The notes under the pieces are model-generated. The model searched no databases, was not told the DNA's origin, and saw only the letters and a program-made list of their open reading frames with translations. DNA of 64,000 bases from Macrostomum lignano (lineage: Eukaryota): positions 143,950 through 207,949 of the forward strand of contig NIVC01000102.1 of assembly GCA_002269645.1 (NCBI GenBank), read 5' to 3'. A program made the translations under genes and the position numbers. How positions within the stretch are numbered: the stretch's first letter is position 1; each line of letters begins with the position of its first letter. Below are positions 1 to 13,265 of the stretch, piece after piece.

Positions 1-321
1 GGCGCAAGCAATCAAAATTGATGCATTTTATCAGCTCCGAGCAGAAAGAGGGGACAAATAAGATTATCAAAGGTCAAGATTGCAGTTTTCTGCTTTTTTA
101 GGGATCTTAAAATGTGAAAATAAAAAATTGAAATAGCCCACTGCAGTCCCCGGAAAATTTGCAGTTTACCCATATAAGTTTCAACGCTGACTTGCAAGTA
201 TTCTAGGAGGAGTTATGCAACACACAAACAAACAGACAAACAAACAAACAATCATCGCACCAACTTTAGTATTAGGACGAGGCCAACTCCTCCGATGGAG
301 GAGAAAGGGGAAGAATTCCCA

Positions 322-685
322 TCACCGGTACTCCATTCCCTGAAATGCCATTCCCTGAATCCCATCATCCAACTCCTCTCCGCGAAACTGAACATCATCG
401 AAATCTTCTCCGTAAAAGAGAACTCCATCAAACACCTCTCCGTGAAACTGACATTCATCAAAATCCCCTCCGAGAAATAGAAATCCTCTCCGTGAAACTG
501 GACTCCATGGAAATCCTCTCCGTGAAACTGACATTCATCAAAATCCCCTCCGAGAAACAGAAATCCTCTCCGTGAAACTGGACTCCATGGAAATACTCTC
601 CGTGAAACTGACATTCATCAAAATCCCCTCCGAGAAACAGAAATTCTCTCCATTAAACTGGACTGAATCGAAATTTTCTCCGTAA
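322..685. repeat. Expanded internal subrepeat (core AATCCTCTCCGTGAAACTG) in array unit 1
   Basis: About ten degenerate copies here versus only a few at the equivalent position in other units; this explains the 1458-bp length of unit 1. Confidence 0.85.
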
Positions 686-713
686 AAAAGAATCAACTCT
701 CAGGATTTAGTGG

Positions 714-740
714 TTAGGGTTAGGGTTAGGGTTAGGGTTA
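714..740 (+). repeat. Interstitial telomeric tract (TTAGGG)4; (TTAGGG)3 recurs in the other array units
   Basis: GGTTAGGGTTAGGGTTAGGGTTAGGGTTAG read directly; equivalent tracts near 1985, 3268, 4551, 5835, 7072, 8357, 9596, 10910 and 12139. Confidence 0.9.
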
Positions 741-3700
741 GAGCTACAACGCAGCAGCGTGTTGAACCAATTGAATTAATTAAATGCGCAACCGATTTCA
801 CAGTCAGTCAGTATCAGTCTCGGTAAAAAGTTAACAAAAAGATTGCGCAAACTAAATCAACCCTCCAATACACAGCGACTGACCCCCTTCCAATACGCAG
901 TGGCAATTAAAAGTTGAACCCCCCCCCTCCCACCAACTGTTGGGGGGTTGGTCGAACCCCCATTGAACTCCAAAATGAGTACACTGCCGAAAGTTAAAAG
1001 TATGGAAATCGTTTTTTAAATGCTGTGCTTTTTGTTTTCACATTTAAAGCAAACAACTTATATCCCCGAACTCAGTATTGCAAGATCTTTCCAGTAATAT
1101 AAGTCTCTCCTCTGAAAGTTTAAAACTCGAGGAACAGTTAGCGCTTGAAATTTCCTGATTTAAAGCATTAAAGTATCGAGTGTACGTTCACAGCCTGCTA
1201 AAGAGGCTCGCAAGTTTATTCATTAAATTTTACTGCCCAGCAAATACACATGGCTGCCTATTGAATGCCGCCGATAATAAAACCAATTAAATCTCGACAC
1301 AGTCCTAGCTATCTCCTTACACTGTACAACTGCTATGTACACTCAGCCCAAGCCCAACCCCCTCCCATTCCGGGGGAATCGTTAAATTTAATTGAACCCC
1401 CCAACACGCGGGGGGGTTATTTGCATTGAACGCGTAACACGCGCACCCACCACCCCTCAATACACAGCGGCCCGCGGGCGGAGGTTGGGGTGACTATTTT
1501 TACAAACTGGCTGCAGCCCCAGTCAGAGTGGCCAAAGAAGGTTATTGAGGGTTAAAAAAACAGTTTTCTGCTTTTTTAGGGATCTTAAAATGTAAAAATG
1601 AAATATTAAAATAGCTATAAACCCAATCCGGAAAATTTGCAGTTTTCCCATATAAGTTTCAACGCTGACTTGCCAGTAGTCTAGGAGAAAAATTGCAACA
1701 CACAAACAAACATCGCACCAGTTTTAGTATTAAGACGAGGCCAACTCCTCCGATGGAGGAGAAAGGGGAAGAACTCCCATCACCGGAATTCCATTCCCTG
1801 AACTCCATCAGCTGAATCCCAAGACCCGAATCCCATTATCTAACTGTTCTCCAAATCCATCAAAATCCTCTCTGAGAAACTGAACACGATCGAAATCCTC
1901 TCCGCGAAACAGAAATCCTCTCCGTGAAACTGGACTCAATCGAAAGTTTCTCCGTCAAACAACTAAACTCTCAGGATTCAGTGGTTAGGGTTAGGGTTAG
2001 GGTTGGAGCTGCACAGAGCTGCGTGTTGAAAAGGTCCGATAAAAAATGAGATAATTGAATCAAAAGATTGCGCAATTTACGCTCGTATTTCTAAGTCAGT
2101 CAGTATCAGTCTCAGTTAAAGTTAACAAAAATATTGCGCAATCTAAATCAACCCTCCATCCAATACACAGCGACCGACCCCCTTCCAATACGCAGTGGCA
2201 ATTAGAAATTGAACCCCCCCCAACTGTTGGGGGGTCAGTCGAACACCATTGAACTCCTAAAATGAGTACAATCTTTGCAATAAGTTAAAAGTATGGAAAT
2301 AGTTTTTCCAATGCAGAGCATTTAGTTTTCATATTTAAAGCAAACAATTTATATCCCCGAACTCAGCGTTGCAAGTTCTTTCCAGCAATATAAGTCTCTC
2401 CTCTCAAAGTTAAAAACTCCAGCAACAGTCTGAGTTTGAAATTTGCCGATTTATAGCATTGCAATATTGAGTGTACGTTCATACGTTCACTGCCTGCTAA
2501 AGAGGCCCGCAAGTTTATTCATTGAATTTCACTGTCTAACCAATGCACAGGGCAGTCAATTGAAAGGCGCTGATAATAAAACCAATTGAATCTCAGCACA
2601 ATAGCCATATAATTGCGCTTACTTACCCACCACCCCACGAAATACACACAGTTCAATTTTTCAGCCGGGGTCCGCTTGTACACACGCTGCCACTGAGAAC
2701 GCGACCAACCCCCACTGGCGAGAAAATACACTACAGAGATAGGAGAAAGTTGTGGCGCAATCGCTCAAAATCATGCAAATTTTCGGCTCCGAGCAGAAAA
2801 AGTGTCCAGAGAAGGTTAGGAAATCAGTTTTCTGCTTTTTTAGGGATCTTAAAATGTGAAAATAAAAAATTGAAATAGCCCACTGCAGTCCCCGGAAAAT
2901 TTGCAGTTTCCCCATATAAGTTTCAACGCTGACTTGCAAGTATTCTAGGAGGAGTTATGCAACACACAAACAAACAGACAAACAAACAAACAATCATCGC
3001 ACCAACTTTAGTATTAGGACGAGGCCAACTCCTCCGATGGAGGAGAAAGGGGAAGAACTCCCATCACCGGAATTCCATTCCCTGAACTCCATCAGCTGAA
3101 TCCCAAGACCCGAATCCCATTATCTAACTGTTCTCCAAATCCATCAAAATCCTCTCTGTGAAACTGAACACGATCGAAATCCTCTCCGCGAAACAGAAAT
3201 CCTATCCGTGAAACTGGACTCAATCGAAAGTTTATCCGTCAAACAACTAAACTCTCAGGATTCAGTGGTTAGGGTTAGGGTTAGGGTTGGAGCTGCACAG
3301 AGCTGCGTGTTGAAAAGGTCCGATAAAAAATGAGATAATTGAATCAAAAGATTGCGCAATTTACGCTCGTATTTCTAAGTCAGTCAGTATCAGTCTCAGT
3401 TAAAGTTAACAAAAATATTGCGCAATCTAAATCAACCCTCCATCCAATACACAGCGACCGACCCCCTTCCAATACGCAGTGGCAATTAGAAATTGAACCC
3501 CCCCCAACTGTTGGGGGTCAGTCGAACACCATTGAACTCCTAAAATGAGTACAATCTTTGCAATAAGTTAAAAGTATGGAAATAGTTTTTCCAATGCAGA
3601 GCATTTAGTTTTCATATTTAAAGCAAACAATTTATATCCCCGAACTCAGCGTTGCAAGTTCTTTCCAGCAATATAAGTCTCTCCTCTCAAAGTTAAAAAC

Positions 3701-6700
3701 TCCAGCAACAGTCTGAGTTTGAAATTTGCCGATTTATAGCATTGCAATATTGAGTGTACGTTCATACGTTCACTGCCTGCTAAAGAGGCCCGCAAGTTTA
3801 TTCATTGAATTTCACTGTCTAACCAATGCACAGGGCAGTCAATTGAAAGGCGCTGATAATAAAACCAATTGAATCTCAGCACAATAGCCATATAATTGCG
3901 CTTACTTACCCACCACCCCACGAAATACACACAGTTCAATTTTTCAGCCGGGGTCCGCTTGTACACACGCTGCCACTGAGAACGCGACCAACCCCCACTG
4001 GCGAGAAAATACACTACAGAGATAGGAGAAAGTTGTGGCGCAATCGCTCAAAATCATGCAAATTTTCGGCTCCGAGCAGAAAAAGTGTCCAGAGAAGGTT
4101 AGGAAATCAGTTTTCTGCTTTTTTAGGGATCTTAAAATGTGAAAATAAAAAATTGAAATAGCCCACTGCAGTCCCCGGAAAATTTGCAGTTTCCCCATAT
4201 AAGTTTCAACGCTGACTTGCAAGTATTCTAGGAGGAGTTATGCAACACACAAACAAACAGACAAACAAACAAACAATCATCGCACCAACTTTAGTATTAG
4301 GACGAGGCCAACTCCTCCGATGGAGGAGAAAGGGGAAGAACTCCCATCACCGGAATTCCATTCCCTGAACTCCATCAGCTGAATCCCAAGACCCGAATCC
4401 CATTATCTAACTGTTCTCCAAATCCATCAAAATCCTCTCTGTGAAACTGAACACGATCGAAATCCTCTCCGCGAAACAGAAATCCTCTCCGTGAAACTGG
4501 ACTCAATCGAAAGTTTCTCCGTCAAACAACTAAACTCTCAGGATTCAGTGGTTAGGGTTAGGGTTAGGGTTGGAGCTGCACAGAGCTGCGTGTTGAAAAG
4601 GTCCGATAAAAAATGAGATAATTGAATCAAAAGATTGCGCAATTTACGCTCGTATTTCTAAGTCAGTCAGTATCAGTCTCAGTTAAAGTTAACAAAAATA
4701 TTGCGCAATCTAAATCAACCCTCCATCCAATACACAGCGACCGACCCCCTTCCAATACGCAGTGGCAATTAGAAATTGAACCCCCCCCAACTGTTGGGGG
4801 TCAGTCGAACACCATTGAACTCCTAAAATGAGTACAATCTTTGCAATAAGTTAAAAGTATGGAAATAGTTTTTCCAATGCAGAGCATTTAGTTTTCATAT
4901 TTAAAGCAAACAATTTATATCCCCGAACTCAGCGTTGCAAGTTCTTTCCAGCAATATAAGTCTCTCCTCTCAAAGTTAAAAACTCCAGCAACAGTCTGAG
5001 TTTGAAATTTGCCGATTTATAGCATTGCAATATTGAGTGTACGTTCATACGTTCACTGCCTGCTAAAGAGGCCCGCAAGTTTATTCATTGAATTTCACTG
5101 TCTAACCAATGCACAGGGCAGTCAATTGAAAGGCGCTGATAATAAAACCAATTGAATCTCAGCACAATAGCCATATAATTGCGCTTACTTACCCACCACC
5201 CCACGAAATACACACAGTTCAATTTTTCAGCCGGGGTCCGCTTGTACACACGCTGCCACTGAGAACGCGACCAACCCCCACTGGCGAGAAAATACACTAC
5301 AGAGATAGGAGAAAGTTGTGGCGCAATCGCTCAAAATCATGCAAATTTTCGGCTCCGAGCAGAAAAAGTGTCCAGAGAAGGTTAGGAAATCAGTTTTCTG
5401 CTTTTTTAGGGATCTTAAAATGTGAAAATAAAAAATTGAAATAGCCCACTGCAGTCCCCGGAAAATTTGCAGTTTCCCCATATAAGTTTCAACGCTGACT
5501 TGCAAGTATTCTAGGAGGAGTTATGCAACACACAAACAAACAGACAAACAAACAAACAATCATCGCACCAACTTTAGTATTAGGAGACGAGGCCAACTCC
5601 TCCTCTGGAGGAGAAAGGGGAAGAACTCCCATCACCGGAATTCCATTCCCTGAACTCCATCAGCTGAATCCCAAGACCCGAATCCCATTATCTAACTGTT
5701 CTCCAAATCCATCAAAATCCTCTCTGTGAAACTGAACACGATCGAAATCCTCTCCGCGAAACAAAAATCCTCTACGTGAAACTGGACCAATCGAAAGTTT
5801 CTCCGTCAAACAACTAAACTCTCAGGATTCGGTGGTTAGGGTTAGGGTTAGGGTTGGAGCTGCACAGAGCTGCGTGTTGAAAAGGTCCGATAAAAAATGA
5901 GATATTTGAATCAAAAGATTTCGCAATTTACGCTCGTATTTCTAAGTCAGTCAGTATCAGTCTCAGTTAAAGTTAACAAAAATATTGCGCAATCTAAATC
6001 AACCCTCCAATACACAGCGACCGACCCCCTTCCAATACGCAGTGGCAATTAGAAATTGAACCCCCCAACTGTTGGGGGTCAGTCGAACACCATTGAACTC
6101 CTAAAATGAGTACAATCTTTGCAAAAAGTTAAAAGTATGGAAATAGTTTTTCCAATGCAGAGCATTTAGTTTTCATATTTAAAGCAAACAATTTATATCC
6201 CCGAAATCAGCATTGAAAGATCTTTCCAGCAATATAAGTCTCTCCTCTCAAAGTTAAAAACTCGAGGAACAGTAAACGTTTGAAATTTCCCGATTTAAAG
6301 CATTGAGTTTACGTTCAGTGCGTGCTAAAGATGCTCGCAAGTTTATTCATTGAATTTACTGAATTACTGTCCAGCAAATACACAGGGCTGCCTATTGAAA
6401 ATCAGAACATATTTTCTGATCAGAACATCGTTGCGCAATTTTCTATAGTCAGTCAGCCCGTGCGCCAAGGTAAAAGTGTACACACGCCGCCACTGAGAAC
6501 GCGACCATCCCCCACTGGAGAGAAAATACACTACAGAGATAGGAGAAAGTTGTGGCGCAATCGCTCAAAATCATGCAAATTTTCGGCTCCGAGCAGAAAA
6601 AGTGTCCAGAGAAGGTTAGGAAATCAGTTTTCTGCTTTTTTAGGGATCTTAAAATGTGAAAATAAAAAATTGAAATAGCCCACTGCAGTCCCCGGAAAAT

Positions 6701-9700
6701 TTGCAGTTTCCCCATATAAGTTTCAACGCTGACTTGCAAGTATTCTAGGAGGAGTTATGCAACACACAAACAAACAGACAAACAAACAAACAATCATCGC
6801 ACCAACTTTAGTATTAGGAGAGACGAGGCCAACTCCTCCGATGGAGGAGAAAGGGGAAGAACTCCCATCACCGGAATTCCATTCCCTGAACTCCATCAGC
6901 TGAATCCCAAGACCCGAATCCCATTATCTAACTGTTCTCCAAATCCATCAAAATCCTCTCTGTGAAACTGAACACGATCGAAATCCTCTCCGCGAAACAG
7001 AAATCCTCTCCGTGAAACTGGACTCAATCGAAAGTTTCTCCGTCAAACAACTAAACTCTCAGGATTCAGTGGTTAGGGTTAGGGTTAGGGTTGGAGCTGC
7101 ACAGAGCTGCGTGTTGAAAAGGTCCGATAAAAAATGAGATAATTGAATCAAAAGATTGCGCAATTTACGCTCGTATTTCTAAGTCAGTCAGTATCAGTCT
7201 CAGTTAAAGTTAACAAAAATATTGCGCAATCTAAATCAACCCTCCATCCAATACACAGCGACCGACCCCCTTCCAATACGCAGTGGCAATTAGAAATTGA
7301 ACCCCCCCCAACTGTTGGGGGTCAGTCGAACACCATTGAACTCCTAAAATGAGTACAATCTTTGCAATAAGTTAAAAGTATGGAAATAGTTTTTCCAATG
7401 CAGAGCATTTAGTTTTCATATTTAAAGCAAACAATTTATATCCCCGAACTCAGCGTTGCAAGTTCTTTCCAGCAATATAAGTCTCTCCTCTCAAAGTTAA
7501 AAACTCCAGCAACAGTCTGAGTTTGAAATTTGCCGATTTATAGCATTGCAATATTGAGTGTACGTTCATACGTTCACTGCCTGCTAAAGAGGCCCGCAAG
7601 TTTATTCATTGAATTTCACTGTCTAACCAATGCACAGGGCAGTCAATTGAAAGGCGCTGATAATAAAACCAATTGAATCTCAGCACAATAGCCATATAAT
7701 TGCGCTTACTTACCCACCACCCCACGAAATACACACAGTTCAATTTTTCAGCCGGGGTCCGCTTGTACACACGCTGCCACTGAGAACGCGACCAACCCCC
7801 ACTGGCGAGAAAATACACTACAGAGATAGGAGAAAGTTGTGGCGCAATCGCTCAAAATCATGCAAATTTTCGGCTCCGAGCAGAAAAAGTGTCCAGAGAA
7901 GGTTAGGAAATCAGTTTTCTGCTTTTTTAGGGATCTTAAAATGTGAAAATAAAAAATTGAAATAGCCCACTGCAGTCCCCGGAAAATTTGCAGTTTCCCC
8001 ATATAAGTTTCAACGCTGACTTGCAAGTATTCTAGGAGGAGTTATGCAACACACAAACAAACAGACAAACAAACAAACAATCATCGCACCAACTTTAGTA
8101 TTAGGAGACGAGGCCAACTCCTCCTCTGGAGGAGAAAGGGGAAGAACTCCCATCACCGGAATTCCATTCCCTGAACTCCATCAGCTGAATCCCAAGACCC
8201 GAATCCCATTATCTAACTGTTCTCCAAATCCATCAAAATCCTCTCTGTGAAACTGAACACGATCGAAATCCTCTCCGCGAAACAAAAATCCTCTACGTGA
8301 AACTGGACCCAATCGAAAGTTTCTCCGTCAAACAACTAAACTCTCAGGATTCGGTGGTTAGGGTTAGGGTTAGGGTTGGAGCTGCACAGAGCTGCGTGTT
8401 GAAAAGGTCCGATAAAAAATGAGATATTTGAATCAAAAGATTTCGCAATTTACGCTCGTATTTCTAAGTCAGTCAGTATCAGTCTCAGTTAAAGTTAACA
8501 AAAATATTGCGCAATCTAAATCAACCCTCCAATACACAGCGACCGACCCCCTTCCAATACGCAGTGGCAATTAGAAATTGAACCCCCCAACTGTTGGGGG
8601 GTCAGTCGAACACCATTGAACTCCTAAAATGAGTACAATCTTTGCAAAAAGTTAAAAGTATGGAAATAGTTTTTCCAATGCAGAGCATTTAGTTTTCATA
8701 TTTAAAGCAAACAATTTATATCCCCGAAATCAGCATTGAAAGATCTTTCCAGCAATATAAGTCTCTCCTCTCAAAGTTAAAAACTCGAGGAACAGTAAAC
8801 GTTTGAAATTTCCCGATTTAAAGCATTGAGTTTACGTTCAGTGCGTGCTAAAGATGCTCGCAAGTTTATTCATTGAATTTACTGAATTACTGTCCAGCAA
8901 ATACACAGGGCTGCCTATTGAAAATCAGAACATATTTTCTGATCAGAACATCGTTGCGCAATTTTCTATAGTCAGTCAGCCCGTGCGCCAAGGTAAAAGT
9001 GTACACACGCCGCCACTGAGAACGCGACCATCCCCCCACTGGAGAGAAAATACACTACAGAGATAGGAGAAAGTTGTGGCGCAATCGCTCAAAATCATGC
9101 AAATTTTCGGCTCCGAGCAGAAAAAGTGTCCAGAGAAGGTTAGGAAATCAGTTTTCTGCTTTTTTAGGGATCTTAAAATGTGAAAATAAAAAATTGAAAT
9201 AGCCCACTGCAGTCCCCGGAAAATTTGCAGTTTCCCCATATAAGTTTCAACGCTGACTTGCAAGTATTCTAGGAGGAGTTATGCAACACACAAACAAACA
9301 GACAAACAAACAAACAATCATCGCACCAACTTTAGTATTAGGAGAGACGAGGCCAACTCCTCCGATGGAGGAGAAAGGGGAAGAACTCCCATCACCGGAA
9401 TTCCATTCCCTGAACTCCATCAGCTGAATCCCAAGACCCGAATCCCATTATCTAACTGTTCTCCAAATCCATCAAAATCCTCTCTGTGAAACTGAACACG
9501 ATCGAAATCCTCTCCGCGAAACAGAAATCCTCTCCGTGAAACTGGACTCAATCGAAAGTTTCTCCGTCAAACAACTAAACTCTCAGGATTCAGTGGTTAG
9601 GGTTAGGGTTAGGGTTGGAGCTGCACAGAGCTGCGTGTTGAAAAGGTCCGATAAAAAATGAGATAATTGAATCAAAAGATTGCGCAATTTACGCTCGTAT

Positions 9701-12700
9701 TTCTAAGTCAGTCAGTATCAGTCTCAGTTAAAGTTAACAAAAATATTGCGCAATCTAAATCAACCCTCCATCCAATACACAGCGACCGACCCCCTTCCAA
9801 TACGCAGTGGCAATTAGAAATTGAACCCCCCCCCAACTGTTGGGGGGTCAGTCGAACACCATTGAACTCCTAAAATGAGTACAATCTTTGCAATAAGTTA
9901 AAAGTATGGAAATAGTTTTTCCAATGCAGAGCATTTAGTTTTCATATTTAAAGCAAACAATTTATATCCCCGAACTCAGCGTTGCAAGTTCTTTCCAGCA
10001 ATATAAGTCTCTCCTCTCAAAGTTAAAAACTCCAGCAACAGTCTGAGTTTGAAATTTGCCGATTTATAGCATTGCAATATTGAGTGTACGTTCATACGTT
10101 CACTGCCTGCTAAAGAGGCCCGCAAGTTTATTCATTGAATTTCACTGTCTAACCAATGCACAGGGCAGTCAATTGAAAGGCGCTGATAATAAAACCAATT
10201 GAATCTCAGCACAATAGCCATATAATTGCGCTTACTTACCCACCACCCCACGAAATACACACAGTTCAATTTTTCAGCCGGGGTCCGCTTGTACACACGC
10301 TGCCACTGAGAACGCGACCAACCCCCACTGGCGAGAAAATACACTACAGAGATAGGAGAAAGTTGTGGCGCAATCGCTCAAAATCATGCAAATTTTCGGC
10401 TCCGAGCAGAAAAAGTGTCCAGAGAAGGTTAGGAAATCAGTTTTCTGCTTTTTTAGGGATCTTAAAATGTGAAAATAAAAAATTGAAATAGCCCACTGCA
10501 GTCCCCGGAAAATTTGCAGTTTCCCCATATAAGTTTCAACGCTGACTTGCAAGTATTCTAGGAGGAGTTATGCAACACACAAACAAACAGACAAACAAAC
10601 AAACAATCATCGCACCAACTTTAGTATTAGGACGAGGCCAACTCCTCCTTCGGAGAAGAAAGGGGAAGAACTCCCATCACCGGAATTCCATTCCCTGAAC
10701 TCCATCAGCTGAATCCCAAGACCCGAATCCCATTATCTAACTGTTCTCCAAATCCATCAAAATCCTCTCTGTGAAACTGAACACTATCGAAATCCTCTCC
10801 GTGAAACTGAACACCATCGAAATATTCTCCGCGAAATAGAAATCCTCTCCGTGAAACTGGACTAAATCGAAATTTCTACGTCAAACAGCCTAGCTCTCAG
10901 AATTCATTGGTTAGGGTTAGGGTTAGGGTTAGAGCTACACACAGCTGCGTGTTGAAAGGCGCCGTAAAAACATTGAACCAATTAAATTGCGCAACTTATT
11001 TCTCAGGCAGTCAGTATCAGCCTCAGTTAAAGTTAACACAAAGATTGCGCAATCTAAATCAACCCTCCAATACACAGCAACCGACCCCCTTCCAATACGC
11101 AGTGCAGCTAGAAATTGAACCCCCCCCCACCAACTATTGGGGGGTCGGTCGAACCCCCATTGAACTCCAAAATGAGAACAATCTTTGCAGAAAGCTAAAA
11201 GTATGAAAATCTTTTCTTGAATGCTGTGAATTTAATTTTCATATTTAAAGCAAAAAACTTATATCCCCGAACTCATCGCTGCAAGCTCTTTCCAGCAATA
11301 AAAGTCTCGTCTCTCAAAGTTAAAAAATCGAGCAACAGTTAGCGTTTGAAACTTTCTGATTTTAAGCATTGAAATATCGAGTGTACCTTCACTGCCTGCT
11401 AAAGATGCTCGCGAGTTTATGCATTAAAATGCACTGAATTTCACTGTGCAAAAAATACACAGGGCTTCCTGTTAAAAAACAGAACACAAATAGTTGCGCA
11501 ATTGTCTATAAAGTCAGCCAGTGAGCCAGGGTCCGATTGTACACACGCCGCTAATGAGAACGCGCCCATTCCCCCACAGGAGAGAAAACGCACTGGCGAC
11601 ATAGGAAAAAGTTGTGGCGTAATCACTCAAAATTTATGCCAATTTTCAGCTCCGAGCAGAAAAAGTGTCCAGAGAAGGTTAGGAAATCAGATTTCTGCTT
11701 TTTTAGGGATCTTAAAATTAAAAAATGAAAGATTAAAACAGCCTAAAGCCGATTCCGGAAAATTTGCAGTATTCCCATATAAGTTTCAACGCTGAGTTGC
11801 ACGTAGTCTAGGAGGAGATATCCTACAAACAAACAGACAAACAAACAAACAAACAACGCACCAACTTTAGTATTAACGAGGCCAACTCCTCCTTCGGAGA
11901 AGAAAGGGGAAGAACTCCAATCAGCGGAATTCCATTCCCTGAACTCCATCAGCGGAATCCCATTTTCCAACACCTCTCCGCGCAACAGAAATCGTCTCCG
12001 TGAAACTGAACACTATCGAAATCCTCTCCGTGAAACTGAACACCATCGAAATATTCTCCGCGAAATAGAAATCCTCTCCGTGAAACTGGACTAAATCGAA
12101 ATTTCTCCGTCAAACAGCCCAGCTCTCAGAATTCATTGGTTAGGGTTAGGGTTAGGGTTAGAGCTACACACAGCTGCGTGTTGAAAGGCGCCGTAAAAAC
12201 ATTGAACCAATTAAATTGCGCAACTTATTTCTCAGGCAGTCAGTATCAGCGTCGGTTAAAGTTAACAAAAAGATTGCGCAATCTAAATCAGCCCTCCAAT
12301 ACACAGCAACCGACCCCCTTCCAATACGCAGTGCAGCTAGAAATTGAACCCCCCCTAACTATTGGGGGGGGGGGTCGGTCGAACCCCCATTGAACTCCAA
12401 AATGAGCAAAATCTTTGCAGAAAGCTAAAAGTATGAAAATCTTTTCTTGAATGCTGTGAATTTAATTTTCATATTTAAAGCAAAAAACTTATATCCCCGA
12501 ACTCATCGCAGCAAGATCTTTCCAGCAATATAAGTCTCTCCTCTCTAAGTTCAAAACTCGAGCAACAGTTAGTGTTTGAAACTTTCTGATTTTAAGCATT
12601 GAAATATCGAGTGTACGTTCACTGCCTGCTAAAGATGCTCGCAAGTTTATGCGTAAAAATGCACTGAATTTCACTGTGCAAAAAATACACAGGGCTTCCT

Positions 12701-13116
12701 GTTAAAAAACAGAACACAAATAGTTGCGCAATTGTCTATAAAGTCAGCCAGTGAGCCAGGGTCCGATTGTACACACGCCGCCAATGAGAACGCGCCCATT
12801 CCCCCACAGGAGAGAAAACGCACTGGCGACATAGGAAAAAGTTGTGGCGTAATCACTCAAAATTTATGCCAATTTTCAGCTCCGAGCAGAAAGAGGGGAC
12901 AAATAAGATTATCAAAGGTCAGAATTGCTGCTTTCTGCTTTTTTAGGGATCTTAAAATTTAAAAATGAAAGATTAAAATAGCCTAAAGCCATCCTCGGAA
13001 AATTTGCAGTTTTCCCATATAAGTTTCAACGCTGAGTTGCAAGTATTCTAGGAGGAGTTATCGAACTGACATACATACAGACAAACAACGCACCACTTTT
13101 AGTATTAAGAGAGAGA

Positions 13117-13182
13117 TTAAGCCATTTTTTCTCTAATCGATTACAAGCAAGCAACCAAGCATTTCATTTTTAGTATATAGGA
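13117..13182 (-). mobile_element. 5'-terminal remnant of a second Helitron-like family (TCCTATATACTAAAAATG), interrupted by the array
   Basis: AGCCATTTTTTTCTCTAATC...TTTTTAGTATATAGGA matches the terminal region at about 42804-42873 and 47080-47150. Confidence 0.65.
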
Positions 13183-13265
13183 AGAGGGCGATTTAGAAGC
13201 TTAAATGGGGATGGTAGAAAAACTAATGAGAGAATGAGTTTAGCAATTAGAGCGTTTAGATGGAG

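Larger units (their letters stand above)
1..13116 (-). mobile_element. Head-to-tail tandem array of non-autonomous Helitron-like elements (10 full units of ~1.24-1.46 kb plus a partial unit at the window edge)
   Basis: Unit joints at 277/278, 1735/1736, 3019/3020, 4302/4303, 5587/5588, 6823/6824, 8108/8109, 9347/9348, 10632/10633, 11876/11877; array ends at 13116. On the minus strand most units start TC(C/T)TAATACTAAA followed by a GTTT/GTCT microsatellite and end with hairpin CTCCTCC-nnn-GGAGGAG then TTGGC-CTCG. The outermost 5' TC is preceded by A (t13117 on plus), as expected for a Helitron A|T target. The tandem repeat itself is certain; the Helitron identity is inferred from the termini. 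Confidence 0.75.

Noticed and set aside
12-10552. Recurring 60-118 aa ORFs (e.g. MQVSVETYMGK, MNQKIAQF) in the array
   Set aside because: Many use non-ATG starts, they vary by frameshift between units, and they show no recognisable domain.
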